A stretch of 36,074 bases of DNA from Neophaeotheca triangularis (lineage: Eukaryota): contig BAAIJX010000106.1 in the NCBI GenBank assembly GCA_054600435.1, positions 1 through 36,074 of the forward strand. Direction: 5' to 3'. Made by a program: the position numbers and the translations under genes. The notes under the pieces were generated by a model, which was not told the origin of the DNA, did no database searches, and saw nothing but the letters and a program-made list of their open reading frames with translations. The stretch's first letter is position 1; each line of letters starts with the position of its first letter. Shown in pieces: positions 1-10,628 of the stretch.

Positions 1-106
1 CTAACCCTAACCCTAACCCTAACCCTAACCCTAACCCTAACCCTAACCCTAACCCTAACCCTAACCCTAACCCTAACCCTAACCCTAACCCTAACCCTAA
101 CCCTAA
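1..106. repeat. Telomeric repeat (CCCTAA)n, ~17.7 units; left chromosome end
   Basis: Perfect CCCTAA tandem array from position 1, C-rich strand at the 5' end; canonical TTAGGG telomere of filamentous fungi. Confidence 0.99.
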
Positions 107-720
107 CTAGCTAGAAGTCCCTAGAAACTTCCTACAACCTTTACTAATTCTTATTATCCTAGGTTTATAGTAAGCTCTATAATTAATTTATATAGAGAGC
201 TATAGATTTACTAGATATTAGCTAGTAGTTTCTATAGGTCTTCTTAAGTATAGTAAAGTCTATAAAACTAGCTAGAGCTCCCTAGAAACTTCCTAGTACC
301 TTTACTAATTCTAAATACTAAGAGTCTATAATAAGCTTTAAGTCGATTTATATAGAAAGCTATAGATTTACTAGACCTTAACTAGTAGTTTCTATAGGTC
401 TCTATAGATATACTAAAGTCTATAAAACTATCTAGAAGTCTATAGAAACTTCCTAATATCTTTTATATCTAATTCTTCCTAGAACCCTCTTATAAAAAGT
501 GTTACTAGGATTTATAGAGAGTTCTATAGATTTACATTAGATACTAGCTCATTTTCTATAGACTCTATAAACCCTATAGATCCTAGTAAAGCTAACTAGA
601 AGTCCTAGGAAACTTCCTAGCTCTTATAAAAACTAATTTTCTAAATTTTGCTAGTAAAACAGAGTTATACTACTAGAGTGGTTATACTAGAAGATGTCTA
701 TAGAAAGCTAGCTAAAGAAA
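107..720. repeat. Subtelomeric AT-rich tandem repeat, ~160-bp unit, ~3.7 diverged copies, RIP-like
   Basis: Variants of the unit start motif ctagctagaagtccctagaaacttcct recur at 107, 268, 428 and 592 (periods 161, 160, 164). The tract is saturated in TpA and almost lacks CpA/TpG. Confidence 0.9.
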
Positions 721-955
721 GGTGGTGATGCATGCATGCACGGGCCTAGGGCCTAGTGCCACGTCACGGTGTCACGTGACGTCCCCTCGACGCCTTCCGC
801 ATCAAGGTTCGTGACAAGAAATCGATCGCTCCGTACGAGATAGGTCGTTTCCTGGCTACTCGGTATAGGTGTCAAGGCTTCCTTGATTTATCGTTGCCTT
901 ACCTTCTCGCTTTTAGGAGAGTCGACCACCATTTCCACATCCGGAAGTCATCAGC

Positions 956-2856
956 ATGCGAGGTCTGAGGAAATGGACAATACTTGGGCTTCTACTCTTC
1001 GGGCCCCCTATGTGCTTCGGGCACCCTGCTGAAAAATAGCCTTATGATTTCGTAAGAGAGAACAAGCAGGAACCCCCTTGAGCCAAGTTCCAAGTCTCGC
1101 TGACAAACCACGGCAGGTCGTAGTTGGAGGTGGCACAGCCGGCATCGCCGTCGCCGCCCGCCTCAGCGAGCGCCTCCCACATGCCTCCGTTCTGGTCATC
1201 GAAGCTGGCCCCGACGCACGAGAAGACCTAAGGGTTACCGTTCCGCAACGTAAAGGCTCCCTACTCGGATCCGACCTCGATTGGGCTTTCCGAACGCTAC
1301 CCCAGCCCTCGGCGGACAACCGCACTCTCACAATGAACCGTGGCAAGGTACTTGGGGGCAGCTCTGCTCTCAATCTTCTCAGCTATGACCGGGGAGTTCC
1401 AGCTGACTACGATGCCTGGGAGGCTTTCGGTAACGACGGCTGGAACTGGGAGTCCATGCATGCCGCTATGCAGCAGGCTGAATCTTTCCAAGTTACCACC
1501 GTGCCCGGCTCCACTGCGATTGCGACCCGGGGAGGCTCTGGACATGATGGGCCTATTCGTGCGCTGGTGAACCGTTTGAATCCTCCACAGCAGCAAGCTT
1601 TCTTTCCCACCATGGCGGAACTTGGTCTCCAGGAAACTTCAGGCTTTTTAAACGGCGAGCTGCTTGGCTATATGCGGCACACGAGTGCTATCGATAATTT
1701 CAATTACACACGAAGCTACAGCCCGGACTATCTCGATAGAGCTGAGTGCAACGTTGATCTGCTGCTGAGCACGCAAGTTGCGAAAGTACAGCTTGAGAGA
1801 GATCACCCAAAGCCCGCCGCAAAGGGTGTCATTTTGACTGATGGGACGGCTATCAGGGCGAGAAAGGAGGTCATTCTTGCTGCCGGCTCCGTTCAGTCTC
1901 CCCAGCTACTTGAGCTATCTGGGATAGGCAGTAAAGAGGTCCTATCTGCTGCCGGTATCGAGCAAGTGGTGGATCTACCCGGGGTTGGCAATAACCTCCA
2001 AGATCATCTACGCATTGTCAATTCTTACATCTTAAAGGACGGATATACAACGGTGGATGACCTTCAGCTCAACAGTGCTCTCGCTGAACAACAGCTCCAG
2101 CGTTACCGTCGCAACGAGACAAGTTTCTACGACAGTGCCAGCGTCGGTTATGCCTATCTACAATGGTCACAAGCCGGGTACGACCAAGCAGCTTTCATCG
2201 ACCTCGCCTCACAGTCAGCCGAGCCACACAATGCCATCGATCAGTCCAAGCTTAACAGCCTCAAGAACATTACTCTTGCTGTTCCGCAGCTAGAAATTCT
2301 ATTCAACGACGGCTATCTCGGAGCGCGAGGTTACCCGGCAGAGAACGCCACCAACTATGGCTCCCGCTTCTTCGCCCTCATCGCCGTAGTCCAACACCCA
2401 TATGCCCGCGGCAGCACGCACGTCACCAGCTCCAATGCCACCGCGCCGCCAAGTCTCAACCCATCCTATCTCAGCGGACCCTATGACCTCCACGCCGTTG
2501 CCATGGGAGCCAAGTACCTGCGCCGGATTGCTCAAACGCCGCCCATGCGCGACATGTGGAGCGAAGAGTACGAGCCGGGTTTCGACAACATTCCCAAGAG
2601 CGGTAACGACGACGCGGCCTGGGAGGCGTATGCACGCTCCAACTTCTTTACCATCTGGCACCCGCTGGGTACCTGCGCCATGCTGCCGAGGGCCGAGGAT
2701 GGAGTAGTGGATCCGTCATTGAGGGTTTATGGTGTCGAGGGCCTTCGTGTGGTTGATGCTAGCATCATGCCTTCGTTGGTCTCGGGGCATATTCAGACTG
2801 CAGTTTATGGTATTGCTGAGAGGGCTGCCAAGATCATTGCTGATGCGTATAAATAA
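956..2856 (+). pseudogene. Secreted GMC (AA3-type) oxidoreductase, 2 exons (956-1051, 1117-2856), with a single in-frame TAG at 1037-1039
   Basis: Exon 1 reads MRGLRKWTILGLLLFGPPMCFGHPAEK*PYDF (signal-peptide-like). The intron is gtaaga...gctgac...cag (1052-1116). Splicing gives YDF-VVVGGGTAG (FAD GxGxxG). Also present: RGKVLGGSSALN, GVGNNLQDH, TIWHPLGTC, GLRVVDASIMP and SGHIQ. The product would be 611 aa if the stop were sense. Confidence 0.88.
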
Positions 2857-3420
2857 CCGCACGTAAACCAGAACGGAAACATACAGACGATATTTGCATC
2901 ATGGGAAGCGACTGGCACCTTGGAACTGTGAGACTTGACATAACCCTGAGGACTAACGCAACCCCAATTGGATTTCCGGCTCATTATGCAGGTATCCTTT
3001 GGATGTTTCGACACTCGATTCAGCTTTCGAAAGTGTTGAATGCTGCTGTAAGCTTGCCCAGTAGTAAGCCGGCGTACGATATTGCAGAGATATTGATCTT
3101 TCACCCAAACTCTGTCATCTTGCGATCCATAAACTGGATATCAGGGCTCGGCCTTGTATTAAGCTGCGATTTTCTCCGCTTTCGCAAGCGGAACCATGCG
3201 TTGCATTCGCAAGGCTCACGGCGAACCCCTCTATGCTCCCTTTGAAACGGACTTCACTACGTCAACTAATTCGTTTGTTGGCCAGGTGTCGTCTCCGAGT
3301 AGATCGTAACCTGCAGGATGTTCAGGCTGTGAGAGTCTAGCGATGGTCATCATTTCAATACCCTGTGACAGTACTTGCTAACTTCTCTTCTCGTTCTTCG
3401 TTTCCCGTTCTATTCGTTCC

Positions 3421-3700
3421 AAAAGAGCCGCAGCAACGACTCGTCCAATCCACTCGTCGCACTACCTTCACCGCTCGCACCCTCGACAGCATGCCTCTCG
3501 GCGCCCCCAATCTCGGCAACTACCTCAAGAATCCTGGTCAATTTGGCCTCGTAGTCATGTACCACCCTAACTAAGACAGCTCTACACCCAAGATTGAGCA
3601 GGCCACAATCGCTATGCCCTTCAGCACCATGAATATGGCCAAACCCGCCAATCCCATCGTGGAGGACCTCCCGGTCGCTACCACCTTGGAATAGACCTAG
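3421..3700 (+). pseudogene. Possible degenerate coding fragment, product unknown
   Basis: Coding-like codon usage continues past the TAA at 3572-3574 (YHPN*DSSTPKIEQATIAMPFST...). It is preceded by gctaac plus a pyrimidine tract and AAG, resembling an intron 3' end. Confidence 0.3.
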
Positions 3701-5534
3701 TCTATGTCACACAATCCTAGGGTCTCGGTTTATAGCGCTTATAAATTTAGTAACGCGTTAAAGTTCGCTTTACATTTTAGGGTCGGTAGTAGGAAGAATA
3801 GATATGAGGTCGCTTAAGGCAGTCAGGCTAATATCAATTGAGTTTTGGCGCGGTTAGGTAGTAAAAGAGATATGCTATTACATAGACATGCGGAGGTGTA
3901 CGCGGAGGTCTAAGACAAAGTCAGCTCGGCGGATCTCCGAGCTGTGACTAACTAATGAGAGTACGATGATAAACCCCGATAAGCGCTAGGGTCAAAGTCC
4001 TGTTTATAGTTCAGCAACTTTCACCCAAACACATCAGTCACATGACCCGATCAAGCCTTGCAAACCTTCCCTAGTTGATCTACGCTATGGTCAAATTGCC
4101 CTTGGTTTGGTGCCGGAAACAAGTCAATTCACCGCGCGACTTGACCTTGATTTGATTCAGCTTGGTTTTGGTGACGACTCTTGAAAGCTATTGTATCTTT
4201 GAATAGATCTGGACGAGGCGCACACTAGGCGAGAAACATTATAGGCCCCCGCAAGCCTTATCGAGGTTTGCTTTAACTTAATCATCGGCATCCAGATATA
4301 GACGGAAGTGTCATTAAAATCTATCATTTTACCATGGAAGCTGAGACTGGGAATCTTCTAGGATCGTGCGGCTACTAGTTCCGCCGCGATCGTGCAGGAA
4401 ATCGTTCGATCGGCATGATAGGGCGCGTAGCAAGTCGTTGAATACATGGCTAAACTCTTGAGTGCGTTTGGTTTGCTTCAATCAACGATCGCTTCACAAC
4501 CCTGCGGGTTGCCAGTGTGGTCTAAGCACTGGAGCTGAGCAACAACAGGCGCAAGTCAAGACGCGGACCATCTCTGGTTCTCTAAACTCCAACTCTCGCA
4601 TTCTGCGATCTTCCTGGAGAACCATTCCTCCTGTCATTAGAGACTCTGGCCCCGCTGCCAAACCTTTAGAGCCAAATTTGGCTGCCGCCGGCTCGTTCCG
4701 ACACTCTGCCAACCGTTACTATGTCGGCGTCCACCATCGACACAGACTCATCCATTCTTATCGACAAGCCGAAAGATTCGGCGTCACCATTCTCTTCGGA
4801 CCTAAGGATCCTAGCAGCTCGGTCGTCGAGAAGGTCTACGCATTGATCCTTCTGAACACCCTTCCGAAGCCAGAGCCCCTGTGGCAGCCCCTCCCCATCG
4901 TCGCCCGCCTCTAGTAGGTCCGGATATCATCATACCTAAGCAATGTGACCATCTACTCTTTCATGCGGGTGATGCAGCGTTCGGGAGCAGACTCAACGAG
5001 ACGCTAGAGATTCTCACTAGGGATTGCGAGGAGCAAGCCGACTAAGTCGATTTAGGTGCCAGCACTATCCAAGTTCTCGGGCGAGGATGCCATGGTGAAG
5101 ACGAAAAACCCTTAGGAGGCGATCGAGAAGTTTCTCGTTCTGGGCGGTATATGAAGGGGAGTATGCTGCTTTGAAGTCGATGTACCTTTAGGAAGGTCAT
5201 CTTTTAATCGGACAGCGGCTGATATTCGCTTCCACGATTGCTAGCGACTTGGTCGGGTCTCGCTTCGGTAAGGCAATCATTTACTTGCAGGACTAGATAT
5301 CAACATACATGGTCGCTAGTCTCTCGCAATGTCCCTTCGCGCTATTAGACCTACATTAGTAGGAATGGGTTGAGGCAGGGAGCTCCTTCAGCCACTAGCC
5401 CGTGGCGGCGGCTTTCTCCTGGCGACGTTAACAGGGCAGTCGTATGCATGGTCAGCATCGTTCCGGTTCGTTACGGGTAGAGGAGGAGGCTCCCACCGCT
5501 GTGTTGCCGCCATCTGACCTTCTAGGAGGATAGT

Positions 5535-5855
5535 TCCCGGGATTGCTCAGGACCCATGCACCTATTGCTAGGGACCGTTAGTGGGACCGTTACTCCTTCG
5601 CAAAATGAGTGCTTTTGAGTGCTTTTGAGTGCTGTCTTGGAGGTGCCCGCTACGCATGGCTGAGAATATCTCTATTTCCTTTTCGAAACGGGTGGTGCCT
5701 CGCGCGCTCAAGACATCGTACCACCCTCCCTTCGGGGGGTTCCGGTACTCATTCGCTTGCCTACAACTAGTGTAATATCTTTCCAAAGTCCTTATTGGTA
5801 AGGATCCCGATAACGGTCCCCAGCAGTACGAGTAACGGTCCTGAGCAATCCAGGA
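5535..5855. mobile_element. Putative MITE / non-autonomous DNA transposon with ~57-bp imperfect terminal inverted repeats
   Basis: 5537-5593 is an imperfect reverse complement of 5798-5854, with a 15-bp perfect core ggattgctcaggacc. GGACCGTTA recurs in both arms. AGGATAGT occurs at both flanks (5527-5534 and 5852-5859). No credible coding capacity. Confidence 0.6.
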
Positions 5856-6239
5856 TAGTCCCATGTAAACACGGTGAACTTTGATTGAGGCATTCTCTAT
5901 TGAGTCTTCCCGGACCCTGCAACTGCGCAGCGGGAGACGCTAGGCCAGCATTCGATCTGTCCACGTGGACTCGGAGGATTCTTGCCTTGCCAGTAGCCAC
6001 ACATCGGGGTCGCATTCGCCGCCTTCTTCTGGGGAATACCATATGGAGTGAAGCCTCTACACAGGATGCCTGTGAAGAGTAGGGAAGATGCGTAGTAGCA
6101 CTTGCAAGTCGGTGATCGCAACAATCTGACACGCTCTCACATCCTCATACTTGTTTGGTCGTCCCTTGGGCAGTTACACTCAACTGTGACCGGTACCTGT
6201 CCTCGTGGAAGTCCAAGGAGCGATCGAAACGCGCCTTCC

Positions 6240-6956
6240 TCACGCATCATTCTTAGGAACATCCTCCCATTTCTCATAGAACTTCCCTCCAAGCATCTCA
6301 ATCGCCTTGCACCTTTCCTCCATGTTGTGCGCATTTCTAATCCGCGTAACACCCAAATTTGACCCTTTCACCTCGTCAACCCGCAAAGCCCATACCCCTC
6401 CACCAGACGGCCACCCATACCACAACTCCAAAGTCCAAGGCGCGCCCCACATACTCGTGTACTCCTTTTCATCCTCTACGAAATGCGCACCTATTCGCTC
6501 CAGACGGCTGCAGAACTCGTCTTCTTCTAGGGAATATCTCTGTGTAGGCGTAACTTCAAAGCGTGACAAATTCAGGTAGTCGAGCTCAACGCCATAGCAG
6601 CTGTCGTGGATCCACACGCCACCAGTTGATGGCCAGCCGTATACGAGGGTCCCGTAGCCATTGAACGCCGTCCGCGTAGCCGGTAGAGGCTGGTCGAATA
6701 CATCACCTGGGGGACACGATTCGCTATCGTTATCGCTCATGATGGAATCTGTCAGAGGATCTTCGTTCCGTGTTTGGAACCTATGTAGGTATGGCCTGGC
6801 CGAGGTTCTGACGCCGTAAAGAAGGCCGCCTGGCTTCGTATAGCTTCGCGTCGTAAGGTACGTGGTGGCGATGGCAAGCGCAAGGGCAACAATGCACTTC
6901 CGCAGGTTGGGATTTTTCCAGATCGGTACGTGTGGTGATTTGTTGACAGGATCCAT
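6240..6956 (-). CDS. Hypothetical protein (238 aa) with N-terminal hydrophobic segment and an internally duplicated YGWPxxGGVW...EExCxxxExxGxxF module
   Basis: Uninterrupted ATG-initiated ORF. Hydrophobic stretch CIVALALAIATTYL. Two similar modules: YGWPSTGGVWI...EEDEFCSRLERIGAHF and YGWPSGGGVWA...MEERCKAIEMLGGKFY. Confidence 0.8.
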   Translation of the reverse strand: MDPVNKSPHVPIWKNPNLRKCIVALALAIATTYLTTRSYTKPGGLLYGVRTSARPYLHRFQTRNEDPLTDSIMSDNDSESCPPGDVFDQPLPATRTAFNGYGTLVYGWPSTGGVWIHDSCYGVELDYLNLSRFEVTPTQRYSLEEDEFCSRLERIGAHFVEDEKEYTSMWGAPWTLELWYGWPSGGGVWALRVDEVKGSNLGVTRIRNAHNMEERCKAIEMLGGKFYEKWEDVPKNDA

Positions 6957-7458
6957 TCCCGGGCTCCCAGAAGGTTGAACTAATACTCCTTGATGTATGC
7001 GTAGCTACGAGAACACAGTCGCATTGGTCCTAGGCAGTAGTTGAGTAGTAATAGCAATGAGGCGAGTCAGGGAAGTCGACAAAGCGAAGGAGCAGGGCTG
7101 GGACACACTAAGTACCCATAGCAGCCAGCCTAGGACATCGGCACGTGCACACGAAAAGTGGTAGGTATTGTGACGTAAGATGATATAGATTGACTTGGTA
7201 GAAGGAAGCTATCTGCTATCTGCTACTGACTGGCTGCGAAACCGAGGTAGTCTGCAACGTCTTAGGGTTCACAGACAGGATGACGGCGCGCTATCGGCGA
7301 CTCTTGGTAGGCAGTCGCCCCGCAAGCCCGATGCACCAGAAAGCTTTTCTGGCGCTTACGATTACGTATAGCGATTAAGAACTTGACCATCGACGGCCCG
7401 AGAACGTATGTAGGGTGTCCCTTTTGCCGCAGTGAACCTTCAGAACCTACTTTCAACT

Positions 7459-7740
7459 TCATCGATGCAGTTCACCCATTACAGTTATGTTTTCTCGCTG
7501 ATGGATTGCTGCAAGTAGGCGCTGCCTCGCGCCCTCGTATCTCTCTCCGTAGTTCGCACCTAGCGTCACACTAAGTATGCCGTACAGGGTGCAAGACATG
7601 TCTTCCTGTCTTGCAGTGGTGCGGCCCTCTATCCACTTCAACTTTTCCTCGGTACTTGAGTTGGCGCTTGCTGCGTAATCGTGCAATACTTAGACAGGTA
7701 TACCTGTGATTCGGTAGATCGTTTCTTCAAGATCGCGCCC
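7459..7740 (-). pseudogene. Relic of a HET (heterokaryon incompatibility) domain protein, C-terminal part of the HET region
   Basis: Translates to GRDLEETIYRITGIPV*VLHDY...EEKLKWIEGRTTARQEDMSCTLYGILSVTLGANYGERYEGARQRLLAAI, matching the ITGIP...W...R.T.R.ED..Y.L.GI.....YGE...A..RL pattern of HET-E-like proteins. In-frame TAA at 7690-7692. Confidence 0.75.
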
Positions 7741-9088
7741 GCTAATAGCCTAGCAGTCGCCTGACATGATAGTCCCTTTGTAGGTTAACCGTCGACCATC
7801 TTCCAAGCTCCGCAAAGACTAGCTACACATTGCATCTAAGTGGTGTTTTGTAAGCGAAGAACCGCAAGCACCCCAGTTTTCGATTTTGACAAACGGGAGT
7901 CATCTGACCGAGTGCGATGCCTTCACCGCAAACACGTTGCAAGGTGGATAAGATTTCCCCGACCTGCTCTCTTAATGCTTTCAGATCTGTGCCTATGGCA
8001 CGGTCTGCGCTGCGAGATCGAACTAAATTTCGTGGACTTATGAATAGCGGTTGACCTCTTACCGTGACATCGTGGGCGTGTTCTCTCTCGCGCTGCCGCC
8101 TATCTCTTCGAGTTACGACAGAGCCTTCTCGATCCTTGTTACTATGTGGCTGCATGCTCGATCGATGCGTTGCTAGATCGACCGGTTTTGGATGTGCGCC
8201 TTGGTAGAATCGTTCGTGTTATGGGTTACATAACCTCCGATGCGTAAAAACGCCTCGGTTCCAGAAAGAAGGCCTGTTGGCTATATGGCTAGGGCAATCG
8301 GCAAGCCGGTCGAGTTTATTAATGTGAAGTTACCGTCGCTGAATTGTTGCTTGTGCACTTGGTCTCGTACATACATTGCAATTAATGGTTTAACGATCTT
8401 AGATACTTTGTTAATGATTTTATCTACACTCGTCCGATCTAGTAGCTCACTTACTTCCCAGGATGTATATCGCTGCCAGGTCAAACATCACTTCTCTCTA
8501 AAAGGCATGACGAGCGTCAAGATATCCATTTTAAGGCTGCGAAAGACCTTGGGTCCCAAGGAAAGCACATCATAGTCGCCTGGCAATCGGGACGGACAGT
8601 GGGATCGCTGCACTCTTATACCAACAGACTTGTGCTTCGCATCGAAGCTGTGGCACGTTAGATTAGCACGGGTGCCTTGTCTGGCTGTCTACGCGAAGTC
8701 CTTCCAAGTGCTGCCTTGCCGTTATGCAGAAGGTGCACTAACTGTAGGTGTATTGGCCCCACGAGTCAAGGGATTTTTCGCTCGCCGGTTGCAGTGAAGA
8801 TATGGTCGATCTGTGGCACTAACGTGGCGATGTGTAATTCGATGATCTGTCTAACGAACCCGACTAGCCGGCGGCAAGAGTAATATAGGGCTATCTCGGC
8901 GCTTTGTTAAGGCGCTAAGGAAGAGACATGTTCGGTTCGATAATGGCATGCAGGCGTACATTGAACCCTGCCATGATCCTCGATAGAGCACAGGGGAGTT
9001 TGCCGAACGCAAGGCAGAGCTCCCTATCGAGGGATAGCTGCGGTCCGCATCGATTGTGGCACCAAGTACTGGCGTTCAGACCTGCTGA

Positions 9089-9591
9089 GCCGAAGACGAG
9101 GCCTCCTACCGTGCGATCTCCGTAGCCGGAATCGTCGACGCCCCAATGCTACTCGTGCACATGTCGTCCGAAGTCGCCGTCGCGCCCGTCCACGAAGCCC
9201 AGCGGCGCCTCCTCCCCGTCCACGCCGAAACCTGCCCGCACTACTTATAGCTACTGTCGGAGAAGATCAAAGCCGAACCCCACGACCACTTCTCCGGAGT
9301 TAAACACGTCTGCTCGCCACCCCTGTGTAACGAGCCCAATGACCTCGGTCCTCGAAACCCTGTGGCAGAACGTGGCGAACGGGACGTTTACGACCGTGTC
9401 GAGCGACCACGCGTCGAGCGAGTACGAGCACCCCGGCGGCAAGATACTGGGGCTGGTCGATGGAATCCCGCGGTTCTCGAAAATCCCCTATGGATTGCCT
9501 GGGCTGGGGACTCGGTTGCCGCTGCTGTTTTCGCAGATGCCGGCTTCTCGGCCGATGGGGGAGACGAAGCTGTCGCTACCGCGCTTTGTGG
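9089..9591 (+). pseudogene. Internal fragment of dihydropyrimidinase / D-hydantoinase (amidohydrolase)
   Basis: AEDEASYRAI...LLVHMSS...HAETCPHYL*...VCSPPL...(frameshift ~9345-9353)...LWQNVANGTFTTVSSDHA...KIPYGLPGLGTRLPLLF. TAG at 9248-9250. No N- or C-terminal parts are visible nearby. Confidence 0.88.
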
Positions 9592-9744
9592 TCTTTTGTC
9601 GGATGCGCTTCGCGCGGTCAAATCCGCATCGGCGATAATATGGTCTCGCTGCCGTTGAGCCCAATCTCTTGCGTTTCAGAACCGGTAGCTGTTGAGATTG
9701 CCGGTAACCCCATACGAATTCAGTTGGGTCATGATATTTCGGCC

Positions 9745-9873
9745 TGTCGGTTAGTAGTAGATAGGCTTGTGGTTCCCGGGGGCTCGTTATTGCGTAGCAA
9801 TACACGGGCTCAAGTTTGCGACATTTGATTGAACCTCTATTTACAAATGCTCGTAACGACTTGGTCCCACCAC
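9745..9873 (+). repeat. Direct repeat copy 1 (~129 bp), paired with 12913-13039
   Basis: tgtcggttagtagtagataggcttgt...cccaccac aligns by eye to 12913-13039 with about 13 differences (~90% identity). Confidence 0.95.
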
Positions 9874-10628
9874 AGAATTCGTAGAACAGGGTGCGCTATG
9901 TCGATAGAAGAGCGGCGTTACTTAACCCTACTAATACGGCTACGTAGCAGTGCCTGCTCCGTTTCGAGTGTCCGGGTGCTGCTTCATCTGCCTAGTCTCC
10001 TGCTCTGTAGTAGTACCGACTACCGAATATAGTATTCTGATCGCTTTGCTAGTATGAGAGTAGCCTTTTAAAGAATATAGGTTGATTCTTAGATATGCTA
10101 AGACCCCACGCGGGGTGCTACAGACTTTCCCCGGGTTAACTGTATACAACAAACGTCACAACCCCATCATAACTCGTCCGTCAACTATCGCATCACGGCA
10201 TCCTGATGCTAAACTCACTAGAGAGTTGCGAGCACATGCTGTCATAACGACGACTGGGAACTCAATGTTTGCGCGGTAAAGGGCTAGACTATACCGACCA
10301 GAATTGATCGCAATTCCTATTAAATTACAATATCTCAATCATTTTCCCGCTTTCTTTACTACAAGCTATCTGATTACGACGTTTAATGCCCGAGCGCATC
10401 TATGATTACCGCGACCGACTGACTGCAGATTTTCCGTAAGAGGACTTAAAACGAATATCACAGACTCACTGCCGCCGGTTTGATACGGAAAGAAGAAAGA
10501 CAGGAAACAGAACGAAAAAAGCTTTTACCACGCCCGCAACAGAAACCCTCCATCGGACGTAGCCCAGCAGGAAAAACCTCCGATAAGGAAACCAGTCAAA
10601 TCATTCATCCCTCGACCACCCGCCCAAA

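Noticed and set aside
107..720. Regularly spaced repeats as a CRISPR array
   Set aside because: Eukaryotic context. Whole units are similar with no unique spacers, and there are no cas genes.
1078..1116. ORF-track start (TTG 1078) for the GMC oxidoreductase
   Set aside because: It lies inside a canonical intron. The upstream exon supplies the signal peptide and YDF, so ATG 956 is the credible start.
9745..9765. cggttagtagt resembles part of fungal 5S rRNA
   Set aside because: Only ~10 nt match. The flanking 5S sequence and terminal stem are absent.
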